A stretch of 64,000 nucleotides of DNA from positions 899,241 through 963,240 of the forward strand of contig OZ242015.1 of NCBI GenBank assembly GCA_965204785.1. The letters are read 5' to 3'. Source of the stretch: Alphaproteobacteria bacterium. GTDB taxonomy: Bacteria > Pseudomonadota > Alphaproteobacteria > SP197. Below are positions 51,573 to 62,386 of the stretch, piece after piece. Position 1 is the stretch's first letter; each line of letters begins with the position of its first letter. The notes beneath the pieces were generated by a model, which worked only from the letters and a program-made list of their open reading frames with translations, searched no databases and was not told where the DNA came from. A program made the position numbers and the translations under genes.

Positions 51573-52840
51573 ATGCGGATTTCTACGAAGGATTTCCGGC
51601 GGAGATCGCGCAGATATCCGCGCGCGACCAGGTCGAACTGGATCGCTTCAAGATCGGCTTGTATATCACTGCGTGAGGGAAGCCCGTTGTTGCCCTCTTC
51701 GCGTTCGCAAACGACGATCACGTGGAAGCCCTGCTCGGTACGCAGAGGCACACTTGCCTCTCCGACCGACAGACCGGCAACTGCCTGACCGAACGAAGGT
51801 TCAAGGTCGCCCAGACGGACGGCGACGGCAGAACCCACCGCCAGGGTCGGGTCTGCCGCACCCAGGGAAGCGAGATCGTCGCATGTCGAAAGCGCGCTTG
51901 CCGCGGCGACAGCTTCCTGGCGCACAACGTCGTCGGCTTCATCCTGGCTGACGGGGAATATGACTTGGCGCAGCGTCAGACTGCTGTCGTCGGGCGTGGC
52001 TTCAAAGCCAATGCGCCTGTCACGCATCAGGATCATGGTAAAGCCGCCGATGACCCGGAGGGGCTGGGAAATGTCACCTACGGGGATCTGAGGCACCACG
52101 GCGCGCAGATCTTCGGAAAGCTGGCTTTCGACAATCCAACCCAGACCGCCGCCTTCGATGGCGCTCGCGCTCTGGGAAAACTGGCGTGCGATGATGGGGA
52201 AGCTGGCGCCCGACAGGATGGCTTCGCGCAGGCGAAGCATGTTGGCTTCAATCTCGGGCTCCCGCGACGGCTCGTCCACGGCGAGATAGATTTCAGCGAG
52301 CAGATAGGCCGGTTGATCTGCCGCGGCGCCCAAGCGATCGAGTTCGGCATCGATGTCGTCCTCGGTGATGACGTCGGTCTGCATGCGCCGTTCGACCAGT
52401 TCGGACCAGATGATTTCCGCCTTGAGCTGGGTATTGAGCGATTCGAGGCTGAGATCGTTGTAGTTCATGAAGGGTTCGAGTTGGCCCGAGGGCAAGCCCA
52501 GATTTCGCTCCACCAGACGATAGGCCTGATCGAATTCGATGATGACGTCGTCCAGCCCGGCGCGGCGTCCTTCCTGAAGCTGGAGCCGTTCGTCGATCAG
52601 GGTGCGCAGCACCTGGGGCAGAATGCGTCGCCGGGTTTCCTGATTGTCCTCCAAACCTGTGGTCGCAAAAATGATGGCGGTCCGCTCGTAAAGATCAAGC
52701 AGGGTGATGGCGTCATCGTTGACCACCGCCGCGATGCGTCCGGCATCCTGCGCCCGTACGCCTCCATTCGGTATACCCAGCGCAAGGACGGACGCAACCA
52801 TGGCAATAAGACAGGTAATGACGTTGATTCTGACAGACAT
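51569..52840 (-). CDS. surA: periplasmic chaperone / peptidyl-prolyl isomerase SurA
   Basis: Signal peptide MSVRINVITCLIAMVASVLALG; SurA N-domain plus parvulin domain(s). Confidence 0.85.
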   Translation of the reverse strand: MSVRINVITCLIAMVASVLALGIPNGGVRAQDAGRIAAVVNDDAITLLDLYERTAIIFATTGLEDNQETRRRILPQVLRTLIDERLQLQEGRRAGLDDVIIEFDQAYRLVERNLGLPSGQLEPFMNYNDLSLESLNTQLKAEIIWSELVERRMQTDVITEDDIDAELDRLGAAADQPAYLLAEIYLAVDEPSREPEIEANMLRLREAILSGASFPIIARQFSQSASAIEGGGLGWIVESQLSEDLRAVVPQIPVGDISQPLRVIGGFTMILMRDRRIGFEATPDDSSLTLRQVIFPVSQDEADDVVRQEAVAAASALSTCDDLASLGAADPTLAVGSAVAVRLGDLEPSFGQAVAGLSVGEASVPLRTEQGFHVIVVCEREEGNNGLPSRSDIQADLEAIQFDLVARGYLRDLRRKSFVEIRI

Positions 52841-52929
52841 GACGACCGGTTCTTGGAAAGCGCGGAACATGCGAGAGTGGAGCCGCGAAATCAAGGCGCT
52901 TTGATGGCCGCTACCATTCAGGGGCATTG

Positions 52930-55065
52930 TTATCCCAGTGTCTTGAGTTGTACGGTAAAGAAAAAAATCGTCTCGGGATCGACGTCGTCTGTGAACTGCC
53001 GCTCCCCCCTACCGATAATCGCAATGCACTCGTTTTCGTAAATCAGTGATCCACCATAAGAGATTGTACCGCCGCCGGAGAGGTCCCGGCGCCAGCTGCC
53101 TTGGACGGCCCACTCGTCAAGAACCCTCAGCATTGTGCGAGTCGTCACTTGCTCTCGTTCGCCGGTCGTATCGACGACATTGTTCGCAACGTCCTTGAGG
53201 TGAATGTAGTTCACATTCAAACGCGCCCATTCGGGACCGACCGCCATGCCTAGTTCCTGGTGCTGGAATTCCAAGTTGTCTTGGCCGAGCCTGAATCTAT
53301 AGAGCAACTGGACATATTCGCCGGGACTAATCAGGACACGACCAACATAGTCGGAGAAATTTCCCCTGCTTTGAGGGCCAAATGTATCGTCGTCGCGTTC
53401 ACGCCAAGTCTGGCCTATCAGAAATTCACTGCGTCCTCCTCCGGCACCATAGATGCCCATGCGGATGCCATAGTTGACCCGCAGCCCGCCTTCCACGCGG
53501 TCAAGCCCGGGGAAGCGGTCTTCGCTGAACAAGTTGATGTCGTCGAAAGCGAACTCTTCGCTATCCTCATTGGGGATCCGGACAGGGTTTCTTCCGTTGG
53601 GACTCCAGACGGTCATGATGATCGGTTCGATCAATTGTTGTGTGTCACCGCTCTGGCGGACCAAAGGCCAGCGCCACTCTAGAGAAGTCTGGGGAATGAT
53701 GCGACTGACGAAACCAGACTCAGGCGGCTGTTCGTTGCCAACCTGAACTTGGTCGACCTGGTACGCATCGCCTCGTAGGGAAGCCCGAAAGGTGAATATC
53801 TGGCCGTTCCCGGTGACCAGAGGGCGTTCCCATGCGCTTTCGACCGATAGGCGTCGGCTGTCGGTTCCATCGTTACGTGCCAGAGCAAGAATGTTTGAAT
53901 CGAGCGTGAAAAAGGCGCCATTTTCGTCCGGATCAGTCACCAGGTTGTGATTCAGCACTGGCGCTGCCACAGGAATCTCTCCGGGGTCGTCGTCCTCCCG
54001 CAGACCCTGAAAAGTATATGCGAACGCCGACGCATAGGTGCGGTCGTGGAAGCCTTCGACATAGATTTCGGAAGTCAGCGTATCGGCATCGTCAAAACTA
54101 TAGCGTGAGAGATAGGTGTCGTCTGATGATCGATAGAGGTCAAATCCGTACTGCCAGGTTGGATCGTAATTCCAGAGCCCTTCGCCCTTGATAAACCAGC
54201 GTTCTTCTTCGTCGCCACCCGACCTGGTGCCGTCGTTGTTGCGCGCATCGGTGTAGGTCGCCGAGCCCTCGAAGATGTAGTTACCTGTTTCGGTCCGCTC
54301 TCGATATTCTCCGACGAGCACTACGCCCTCTTTCTGAGTGACGATGGGCGCGAACGTCGCATCCCGGTTCGGGGCAAGATTGAAGTAATAGGGAACCTGC
54401 ATTGTATAACCTAGCGTGCTCGACGATCCATAAACGGGCGTGAGAAATCCCGAACGGCGCTTAACGGTCGGGTCGGCGTGGCGCATGTAGGGTGTGTAGG
54501 CGACCGGGACACCGAAAACCTCCAGTGTCGCATCGTAATAGATGAGATCGCGCAGCAACTCGTCATGGATCACCCGGCGCGCCTTGACCTGCCAGAACGG
54601 AGCATGTTTCGTGCTGTCCGCGCAGACTTCGCAGGACGTGTAGATGGCCCTGCTGAGTTCGGTGATGCGCCCGTCGACGCGGCGTGCGCCGTTGGCTGCA
54701 AGCTGTGTGCGTTCGTCGAGCAGGATGAGAATGCCGCGAATCGCGCCCACGCGCAGGTCGCCCGTTAGTTCCGCGTATTCGGAGAACATCACCTCACCGC
54801 TCGGCTCCACCAGCACGACATTACCCGAGGCCGTCATCAGGTCGTTGGGCTCGTCATAGGTGACGGTGTCGGCCTGGAGAATGCGGCCCTGATGAGCAAA
54901 CTCGACATCGCCGCTGGCGGTGACGATGCCGTTGACGTCGTCATAACGCACGGTGTCGGCCTGCATGATGATGCCGTCCTCGACGTTGGGTTGTGCATGG
55001 CCCGGGCCGGCGCCCTGCAGCAGAGCGATCAGCAGGATCAGGGGGAACAGGCGGCGCGACATCAC
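52930..55065 (-). CDS. lptD: LPS-assembly outer-membrane protein LptD
   Basis: 711 aa, signal peptide, LptD/OstA fold. Confidence 0.9.
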   Translation of the reverse strand: MMSRRLFPLILLIALLQGAGPGHAQPNVEDGIIMQADTVRYDDVNGIVTASGDVEFAHQGRILQADTVTYDEPNDLMTASGNVVLVEPSGEVMFSEYAELTGDLRVGAIRGILILLDERTQLAANGARRVDGRITELSRAIYTSCEVCADSTKHAPFWQVKARRVIHDELLRDLIYYDATLEVFGVPVAYTPYMRHADPTVKRRSGFLTPVYGSSSTLGYTMQVPYYFNLAPNRDATFAPIVTQKEGVVLVGEYRERTETGNYIFEGSATYTDARNNDGTRSGGDEEERWFIKGEGLWNYDPTWQYGFDLYRSSDDTYLSRYSFDDADTLTSEIYVEGFHDRTYASAFAYTFQGLREDDDPGEIPVAAPVLNHNLVTDPDENGAFFTLDSNILALARNDGTDSRRLSVESAWERPLVTGNGQIFTFRASLRGDAYQVDQVQVGNEQPPESGFVSRIIPQTSLEWRWPLVRQSGDTQQLIEPIIMTVWSPNGRNPVRIPNEDSEEFAFDDINLFSEDRFPGLDRVEGGLRVNYGIRMGIYGAGGGRSEFLIGQTWRERDDDTFGPQSRGNFSDYVGRVLISPGEYVQLLYRFRLGQDNLEFQHQELGMAVGPEWARLNVNYIHLKDVANNVVDTTGEREQVTTRTMLRVLDEWAVQGSWRRDLSGGGTISYGGSLIYENECIAIIGRGERQFTDDVDPETIFFFTVQLKTLG

Positions 55066-56156
55066 CCGTCCTCCATGTGGAACAGCAGGGCGCTGCCGAT
55101 CATGGCGAAAATGGCCACCGGCGCCCAGGCTGAGAGGATCGGCGGCAGGCTGCCCGACATACCCAGCGCCAGCGAGATATCCGAGAGAAAATAGAGAAGG
55201 GAGCCCGATCCCAGCCCCACGAGCAGAAACAGGCCCAGCTTGCCGTGGCGCGTCAGGCGCAGGGAGAACGTCGCGGCCACCAGAACCATGGCGGCTAGCA
55301 GCAGCGGCACTGAAAGAATGGCGTGCCAGTGGATGCGATGGCGCAGGACCGAAAACCCGGCTGCTTCCATGGTCGCGATGAACTCCGGCAGTTTCCAGAA
55401 CGACATGGTTTCGGGCGATGCAAAGCTGTTCTGGATGCGGTGCACGGTGAGCTCCGTGGGCACCTCCAGAATCTCGTGGCGGTCGACCGTGGCGTCGGGC
55501 CGGGTCACCAGAACCCCTTGCAGTTCCCAGTGTCCGTTGCGCAGCAGGGCGCGTTCGGCATCAATGCGTTCGACAAAGCGATCGTTGTCTTCATAGGCAA
55601 AGATGATGACGTCGGCCAGATCCGCGCCACTTGATGAGACGCGGTTGGCGTGGATGACGAACTGGTGTGCGCCGTCGTCCTCGCGCAGCCACAGGCCGCC
55701 GGGCGACACGGCGAGCAGGCTGCTCTGGCCCCGCAGGAACTGGCTTTCAAGCTGCTCGAAGCGGGACATCATCGCCGAGGCCATGGGATTGAACACGGCA
55801 ATCAGGAAAATGCCCAGCGCAAGAGCAATGGCGAGCGACGGCAGTAGAAATTGCCAGGCCGAGACGCCGGCTGCGCGGGCAACCACCAGTTCGTGGGTCC
55901 GGGTCAGCCAGATATAAGTCAGCATCGTGCCGAACAGCATGGCGAAGGGCAGGATTTTCTGGGCCATGAAGGGCAGACGCAGCAGGGTCATCTGCAGGAC
56001 GATGCCAAAGCCGATCCCGTCGCGCGACGAGGCTCGGTCGCCCAGGTTCAGCACGTCGATAAGGAACGCTACCGCGATCAGGATGCCGAACACCAGCACC
56101 ACCGAGGACAGGAACCGGCGGGCGATGTAACGCGAGAGCAGAACCGAGATACGCAT
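55062..56156 (-). CDS. lptG: LPS export ABC permease LptG
   Basis: MRISVLLSRYIARRFLSSVVLVFGILIAVAFLID…; YjgP/YjgQ permease. Confidence 0.85.
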   Translation of the reverse strand: MRISVLLSRYIARRFLSSVVLVFGILIAVAFLIDVLNLGDRASSRDGIGFGIVLQMTLLRLPFMAQKILPFAMLFGTMLTYIWLTRTHELVVARAAGVSAWQFLLPSLAIALALGIFLIAVFNPMASAMMSRFEQLESQFLRGQSSLLAVSPGGLWLREDDGAHQFVIHANRVSSSGADLADVIIFAYEDNDRFVERIDAERALLRNGHWELQGVLVTRPDATVDRHEILEVPTELTVHRIQNSFASPETMSFWKLPEFIATMEAAGFSVLRHRIHWHAILSVPLLLAAMVLVAATFSLRLTRHGKLGLFLLVGLGSGSLLYFLSDISLALGMSGSLPPILSAWAPVAIFAMIGSALLFHMEDG

Positions 56157-56164
56157 AGCCGGTC

Positions 56165-57290
56165 TCAGGCCTTCGCCGTGCGGCGCGTGAATAGCGGCGG
56201 AATATAAAATCTGTCGATCGTCATCATCCGGCACGCCAGCGCGCAACTGACCAGAGGGAAGACGTAATAGAGCCCGGTCATCACCGGGTTCTTGGTGATC
56301 AGCCCGCCTAGCATGAACGAGATGTAGACATAAGCAAGACCGCCGGCTATGCCCCAGGCGATGCGCGGCCACTGCCTCCTTCGGTCGAATTCGCCCGCGA
56401 TCATCGCGGCCAGGCCGATCAGGGCTAGCGCCATGGCGTTGAACGGTGTCACGATCCTGCGGTGGGCCTCGGCCAGAAGTTCGTCCTGATACCGGATTTC
56501 GCTGGGCGTCTGGGGTTCGCGCAGGAGTTCGTGGAGAAAGCGCTCCTTGGGCTCGCGGTAGCGCACGCCGGGCTCTTCGAAAAGCAGAGAGAGATCAAGC
56601 GTATAGCTGTCGAAATAGAGCATGCGCAGGTCGCGTTTCTCGCCGGCCACTTCCTGCCGGTTGCCTTCGCCCAGCACGAACAGTGGTCCGTTGGGGCCAT
56701 CCACCAAGGCGCCCCATTCGGCCATCATCGTCACCGCAGTTTCAGGTGTCCGGCTGTCGTGGACCAGGATACCGCGCAGACGGCCGCCTTCCTCCCGCGC
56801 GTGCACGTAGACCGTCAGGTCGTCGGAGAGGTTGTTGAAAACGCCCTCCTGCAACAGCACCTGCGAGAAATCGGTACGCAGGACGAACTCGTCGTCTTTG
56901 AACGTGCGGAAACCCGCGGGCATCAGATAGAGCGACAATACGAAGACGAACACGGTGATGATCGCACCCAGCATCATGGCGGGTTTGGCAAGGCCCCAGG
57001 GGCCGATGCCCGCGGCACGCAGAACGACCAGTTCGCGGTCGCCGGTCAGCCGGTCATAGACATAGATCACCGCGCACAGGGTGGCGATCGGCATAATCAC
57101 GACCATCACCGCGGGCAGCAGCAGCACGGTCAGGCGCAGGAAACTCAGTACCGACAGGCCCTTGTTTACGATGAAGTCGATAAAGCGCAGCGATTGGGAC
57201 AACCACACCACACCGGTCAGCGCGGCCACCACCATGCCTGCGGTCGCTGCCAGATGTTTGAAGATATAGACCGTATGCTCGTGCACGCGC
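56165..57290 (-). CDS. lptF: LPS export ABC permease LptF (start approximate; ORF open to 57358)
   Basis: …VYIFKHLAATAGMVVAALTGVVWLSQSLRFIDFIVNKG…. Confidence 0.85.
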
Positions 57291-57349
57291 CATTCTGATT
57301 GTTGTGATTGGGGATTGTATCGAATAGTAACCGATTTCTCCTGGAACTT

Positions 57350-57883
57350 CCGTCGCAACTATTTTATGACTGAATGATGCGCCCAGGGCCAAAATCCCGC
57401 CGCGTCGGGTTTGATTCAGGACGAGAGTCTTAAAGGCGTGCTCTTCAAGGGATCCTGGTGGTTCGTTCAACAGTTTGTTAAGGTTTTCCAGGGTTGGCGT
57501 TAATTGCCGGACCCGTTCGGCTAAAGTTGTGCCGGACTCAAAGGCCCCGCCAACGCGGCAACGTCCCTGTCTATCTCCAACATCACGGCATCGCCAACAA
57601 GATCTTCCGCAATTGCTGTCAAGGTCACGATTCCGCCCCCGGCAAACGGCTCAATAAGGAACTGAGCATTGGTATGCCGAAGCCATTCTCTTAATATGGA
57701 GTATAAGCCACGTCTTACCGCCCGGATAGCGCACAAGGGGCTGCGTTGCGGAACAATGCCAGTGCGGACATTGAATTGCGCTCTGCTCTTAGCCTTCCGG
57801 CAATTTTTGCACCGGTGGGTTTGAGTGGGGTGCGTGGTTTCCGACGACATCCAGGCTATCGCATCGTGGACAACAGACACCAT
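57350..57883 (-). pseudogene. D12-class (Dam-like) N6-adenine DNA methyltransferase N-terminal remnant
   Basis: …AIRAVRRGLYSILREWLRHTNAQFLIEPFAGGGIVTL… (motif I EPF.GgG) ending at a stop; possible continuation in another frame (…TLVLNQTRRGGILALGASFS ~ Dam fNrkGefNvpfG); no catalytic DPPY region. Confidence 0.3.
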
Positions 57884-57899
57884 CTGTCCAACGCTCAGC

Positions 57900-58150
57900 C
57901 CTAAGCCATGCCCTGGATTTTGTCTTCTGTACTGAACATATAAGCTATTTCCAGTAGCCTCAGACCTTTATGGTAGGATTTCCTCAATGCTTTGCTTGCC
58001 ATTATGCTTTTCCTTTGATTGCGTTACTGAATAAAAACCGATATTATCACCTGTGACAAACGATTACTATTCGATATAATTGCCTTTTCATTAGAGTCGG
58101 GGTTTCCAGTCTTAAGCCAGTGTGTAGCCTAAACAATGGCGACTATACGC
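57900..58150. other. AT-rich (~40% GC) island in the lptF/pepA divergent intergenic region
   Basis: e.g. ctgaataaaaaccgatattatcacctgtgacaaacgattactattcgatataattgcc. Confidence 0.5.
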
Positions 58151-58344
58151 TAAGGAGTCCGGTAAAAACAGGTCACTAGCTCGGATTTCTCACCACCGCG
58201 ACGGCCTGCGCGTTTCGACCCCGCCAGCAGGATTAGGAAAGACGCGCTGCGCGATGCTGGTCCATCGGGCAAGCGTCTTAACACACCCTGCCGGGGACTC
58301 TTCACAACACCGGTTGATGCTCTAAAGTCGCGCGGACAACCCAC

Positions 58345-59856
58345 ATGGCCCGTCTGAAGGCCCACGAACCTGGATATGAGGACATGATCGAATTTTCGTT
58401 TGCCAACGCCATTCCTGACGACGCTGACACCGTCATCGCCGCGGTGGAGGAGGGGCCCAAGCTCTTCCCCGTGGCCGAATATCTCGACAAGACAGCAGGG
58501 GGCGCCATTTCGCGGGCCGTCAAGACGGGCCGCTACAAGGGCAAGAAGGGCCAGATGCTCGACATCCTGGCGCCTGACGGCATGAAGGCCGAACGCATTG
58601 TCGCCGTGGGAGCGGGCGACTATTCGGGCTACAAGCCGCTGGACCGCCACAATCTTGGCGGACAGACGCTCGCCCACCTCAACCGGGTCAGAGCGCGCCA
58701 TGTGGCAGTCCCCACGCGCAATCCGACCGACGTCGTGGAGTTTCTCCACGGCATGCGCCTGAAGAGCTACCGCTTCGACCACTACCGCACCAAGCAGAAG
58801 GAAGACGATCTTCCCACCGTGAAGAAGGTGACGCTGGTGTGCGACGATGCGGCAAAGGCAAAGGAGAAGTTCGCCCGCTTGCAGCACGTCGCCGATGGCG
58901 TCTTCCTAACCCGTGATCTCGTCAGCGAGCCCGCCAACACGCTTTATCCGGAAGAATTAGCGCGCCGCGCGGGCGAACTCTCCAAACTCGGCGTCGAGGT
59001 CAACGTGCTGGGCGAGGCCGAGATGACCAAACTCGGCATGGGTGCGCTGGTCGGTGTCGGTCAGGGCAGCGGCCGCGAAAGCCAGCTCGTCACCATGAAG
59101 TGGCAGGGTGCTGGAGACGACGACCCCTGGCTTGCCGTCGTGGGCAAGGGCGTGTGTTTCGACACTGGCGGCATTTCGCTCAAACCCGGTGCGGGCATGG
59201 AGGAGATGAAGTTCGACATGGCCGGCGCTGGCTGCGTCACCGGCCTCATGCATGCGCTGGCCGCGCGTAAGGCCAAGGCCAATGTCGTGGGCGTCATCGG
59301 CTGCGTGGAGAACATGCCCTCGCACAATGCCCAACGCCCCGGCGACGTGGTCACCACCATGTCGGGCCAGACCATCGAGGTCATCAACACCGATGCCGAA
59401 GGCCGCTTGGTTCTGGCTGATGCGCTCTACTACGCGGTGAAGGAGTTCAAGCCCAAGGAGATCGTCGATCTGGCCACGTTGACCGGCGCCATCATTGTCG
59501 CGCTGGGCAGTTACCAGGCAGGTCTCTTCTCCAACAACGACGATCTTGCCGCCGCGCTGACCGCCGCGGGCAAGGAGACCGGAGAGGAGCTCTGGCGCAT
59601 GCCGCTGGGCGAGCGCTACGACAAGGACATCAGTTCCGACATCGCCGACATGAAGAACGTCGGCAAGGCGCGCGAGGCGGGTTCCACCGTCGGCGCCATG
59701 CTGCTCCAGCGTTTTGTCGAGGACACGCCTTGGGCGCATCTCGACATCGCGGGCACCGCCTGGGTGAAATCCGACGAGCCGATCACGCCGAAGGGCGCCA
59801 CCGGTTACGGCGTGCGCCTACTTGACCGTTTCGTCACCGACAACTACGAGAAATAG
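58345..59856 (+). CDS. pepA: leucyl aminopeptidase PepA
   Basis: M17 peptidase (…NTDAEGRLVLADAL…). Confidence 0.95.
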   Translation: MARLKAHEPGYEDMIEFSFANAIPDDADTVIAAVEEGPKLFPVAEYLDKTAGGAISRAVKTGRYKGKKGQMLDILAPDGMKAERIVAVGAGDYSGYKPLDRHNLGGQTLAHLNRVRARHVAVPTRNPTDVVEFLHGMRLKSYRFDHYRTKQKEDDLPTVKKVTLVCDDAAKAKEKFARLQHVADGVFLTRDLVSEPANTLYPEELARRAGELSKLGVEVNVLGEAEMTKLGMGALVGVGQGSGRESQLVTMKWQGAGDDDPWLAVVGKGVCFDTGGISLKPGAGMEEMKFDMAGAGCVTGLMHALAARKAKANVVGVIGCVENMPSHNAQRPGDVVTTMSGQTIEVINTDAEGRLVLADALYYAVKEFKPKEIVDLATLTGAIIVALGSYQAGLFSNNDDLAAALTAAGKETGEELWRMPLGERYDKDISSDIADMKNVGKAREAGSTVGAMLLQRFVEDTPWAHLDIAGTAWVKSDEPITPKGATGYGVRLLDRFVTDNYEK

Positions 59857-60093
59857 CAATCGGAGGAGATCAGATGATGGAGGACCGCTTCGCTGAACTT
59901 GTCGGTGCCGATGCACCGGCACCCGATGCGGCTTTGCTCACCCGGCTACGCCGCGAACTCAACGGTCTGACGCATCGGCTCGAATGCGCCGGCGGCGGCG
60001 GTCCCGCCGCGTCGGAGACCAATCCCGCCATCGGTGCGTGGCAATGTTTCTGCATGGTGCCCGACGACGACGCCCGATGATGCGCGCAAGATC

Positions 60094-60582
60094 GTGACCG
60101 AGATCGGCTTTTATCATCTCCAGCGCACGCCGTTGGAACGTGCATTGCCCAAGCTCCTGGAAAAGGCGCTGGAACGTGGCATGAGGGCGCTCATCCTGAC
60201 GGGGTCGTCGGAACGCGCCGAGCAGTTGAACGATGTGCTCTGGACTTACGATCCCGCCAGCTTCCTGCCCCATGGCAGCGTCAAGGAAGGATCAGAGACT
60301 TCCCAGCCCATTTTTCTCACCGACGAAGACCGCAACGCCAACGGTGCCAACCTGCTGGTTCTCGTCGATGGCGTGCAGAGCATGAAAACCGCGGCGTTCG
60401 AGCGCGTCATCGACATGTTCGACGGCACCAGTGAGCCAGCGGTCGCGGCCGCCCGGCAACGCTGGAAAACGCTTAAAGACGCCGGTCTAGCCCTGACCTA
60501 CTGGCAGCAGACCGATCGCGGCGGCTGGGAGAAAAAGGCGCAGGCCAACGAAGAATCCGCCGGCGGGGAGACCGCTTCATGA
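60094..60582 (+). CDS. holC: DNA polymerase III chi subunit HolC
   Basis: GTG start; (M)TEIGFYHLQRTPLERALPKLLEKALERGMRALILTGSSERAEQLNDVLWTY…. Confidence 0.8.
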   Translation: MTEIGFYHLQRTPLERALPKLLEKALERGMRALILTGSSERAEQLNDVLWTYDPASFLPHGSVKEGSETSQPIFLTDEDRNANGANLLVLVDGVQSMKTAAFERVIDMFDGTSEPAVAAARQRWKTLKDAGLALTYWQQTDRGGWEKKAQANEESAGGETAS

Positions 60583-60619
60583 CGCATTTCACGCTCTAAG
60601 GGAACCCTGGCTGGGGTTC

Positions 60620-61300
60620 GTGCCCAGCTTGCCTTCTATGGCCTCGACTACGAATGCGTGTGCGCAGGCGAGTTGTTCGAGGACGCCCGGGAGCGGCAAA
60701 GTGGTGCTGGACATTCCACGCGACCGCAACGGCAGCTTCGATTCTCCTTTGATTGCCAAGTTCGGCGCCGATCTGGCGCGCAAGTATCTCCACGAGTCCG
60801 ACCTGAAAGACGCGACCATGACTGGGGCCAAGCTGGACTACGCCACGCTGACAATGTCCGAACTGGACGACATCGTCCTTCGTGACGTTCAGGCCAAGGG
60901 CATGTCCATGACAGGCTCCAGCGCAGAGCGTGCCGACCTCACTGGCGGCCAGTTTCAGGAGGCGCGGTTCCTGCGCACCTACATGGAAGAGGCGACACTG
61001 GACGACGCCGACTTCACGGATGCGAACATGAAGGAGGTCAATCTGTGCGAGGCCAGCGCTGTACGTGCGGTCATGAAGTACGCCGACCTTCGTGAAGCCG
61101 ACATGGTGAGCGCAAAACTGGAAGGTGCGAACCTGAGATACGCCGACCTGCGCAAGGCCGATTACCCGAACGCGCTGGAGAAGGGGACGATCTCCGTGTG
61201 TTATGCAAAGAGATGGAACTCCCCGCCACGGGGACGAACGCCGTGCTGCTGGAACGCATCCGGGAAAAGGGCGGCGAGGTCGAGTTCTGGCCGGAGATAA
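60620..61300 (+). CDS. pentapeptide-repeat protein
   Basis: Tandem A(D/N)LxxA-type pentapeptides (…ADLTGGQFQEARFLRTYMEEATLDDADFTDANMKEVNLCEASAVRAVMKYADLREADMVSAKLEGANLRYADLRKAD…); N- and C-terminal boundaries uncertain. Confidence 0.5.
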   Translation: MPSLPSMASTTNACAQASCSRTPGSGKVVLDIPRDRNGSFDSPLIAKFGADLARKYLHESDLKDATMTGAKLDYATLTMSELDDIVLRDVQAKGMSMTGSSAERADLTGGQFQEARFLRTYMEEATLDDADFTDANMKEVNLCEASAVRAVMKYADLREADMVSAKLEGANLRYADLRKADYPNALEKGTISVCYAKRWNSPPRGRTPCCWNASGKRAARSSSGRR

Positions 61301-61560
61301 AGGCCGAGTGCGCGGCAGAGAACGGGGGCAAGGAGATACTGCAGGCCACGTTGTGGGCAGGGATTCTACGCCACGTCCTCATCGTCAACAGCGATGCCGA
61401 GGTGGAGAAGCTGTTTCGGCCGGGATACCCGGAAGTTTCGATCTTCTGGACGGACTATGGGACAGGCGTGCCGTTGAAGGCACGGATCGACATGCTTCTT
61501 CCGAACCGGCAATGGACCTCAAGACGCTGTCGAACTCCAGTGGTTTGCCGTTCCATGAGC
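61198..61560 (+). CDS. hypothetical protein (unassigned) upstream of the recombinase remnant
   Basis: MLCKEMELPATGTNAVLLERIREKGGEVEFWPEIKAECAAENGGKEILQATLWAGILRHVLIVNSD…; no family recognised; may be decayed. Confidence 0.25.
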
Positions 61561-62272
61561 CTCGGCTATAAAGACCGCAAGGCCATCGCGACAGTGTTGA
61601 AGGCGATATACACAGCCGTGGATGCCGAGGTGGTAGAGGCGGGAAGCGGTTTGCACGATCTTAACGCTCTATGCCCGTTCCAGTGCCACGGCCGAAGTGA
61701 TTCACGAGTTGGACGCGTGCGAAATCCGCACCAAGACCGGCAGGCTCTACGACAAGACTTCCCTCAACAAGACCCTGTATAACAAGGTCTATCGTGGCCT
61801 CGCCGTGCACAAGGGTGAGGCCTATCCCGGCGAGCATGATGCGATCATTGACGAGCCACTTTGGGACGAGGTGCACGAAGTGATGGCGAACAAACCGCGT
61901 CAAGTGGATCGCCGTGGCCAAGGAACCCTCACCGGCGTTGCTGCGCGGGCCGCAGTGGCTGCCCGGCGGTATGGTCGAGGATGCCGTGACCGGTGAAATC
62001 CGGCGTCTGCTGCGCACGCCTGAGGTTGCCGCGCGTATGTCGCGGGCCTGCGCAAGGATTGGCCAGACCTTGGCGAAGCGGCGATAAGCGCGTCGCTGAC
62101 CCAATTCGACGAGATGTGGAACGCGCTGGTCCCGGCTGAGTTGGCGCGCGTTGTCCAATTGCTAGTAGCGCGTGTCACCGTCAGCGAGGCTGATCTGGCG
62201 GTCGATCTGCGCCGCGAGAGATTGGGCGCGATTGCCGCGCTGATAGTCCCGATGAAGGTGGAGGTCGCCTGA
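61560..62272 (+). pseudogene. large serine recombinase remnant: recombinase domain and C-terminal tail in three frames, catalytic resolvase domain absent
   Basis: Frame a …EIRTKTGRLYDKTSLNKTLYNKVYRGLAVHKGEAYPGEHDAIIDEPLWDEVHEVMANKPRQ; frame b …EPSPALLRGPQWLPGGMVEDAVTGEIRRLLRTPEVAARMSRA…; frame c …FDEMWNALVPAELARVVQLLVARVTVSEADLAVDLRRERLGAIAALIVPMKVEVA*. Confidence 0.5.
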
Positions 62273-62386
62273 TGGCGGAGCCCGGGACCCTCCGCGTCCA
62301 CATCCCGCTCGCCCTGCGCAATCGGGGCGGCCGCCCCCGCATTCTGCCACCGAAGGACATCGAGAGAGCGTACGGGACGGTAGTTC

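Noticed and set aside
59874-60080. 68-aa ORF between pepA and holC as a gene
   Set aside because: No recognisable family; likely the 5' leader of holC or a chance ORF, so it was left unannotated
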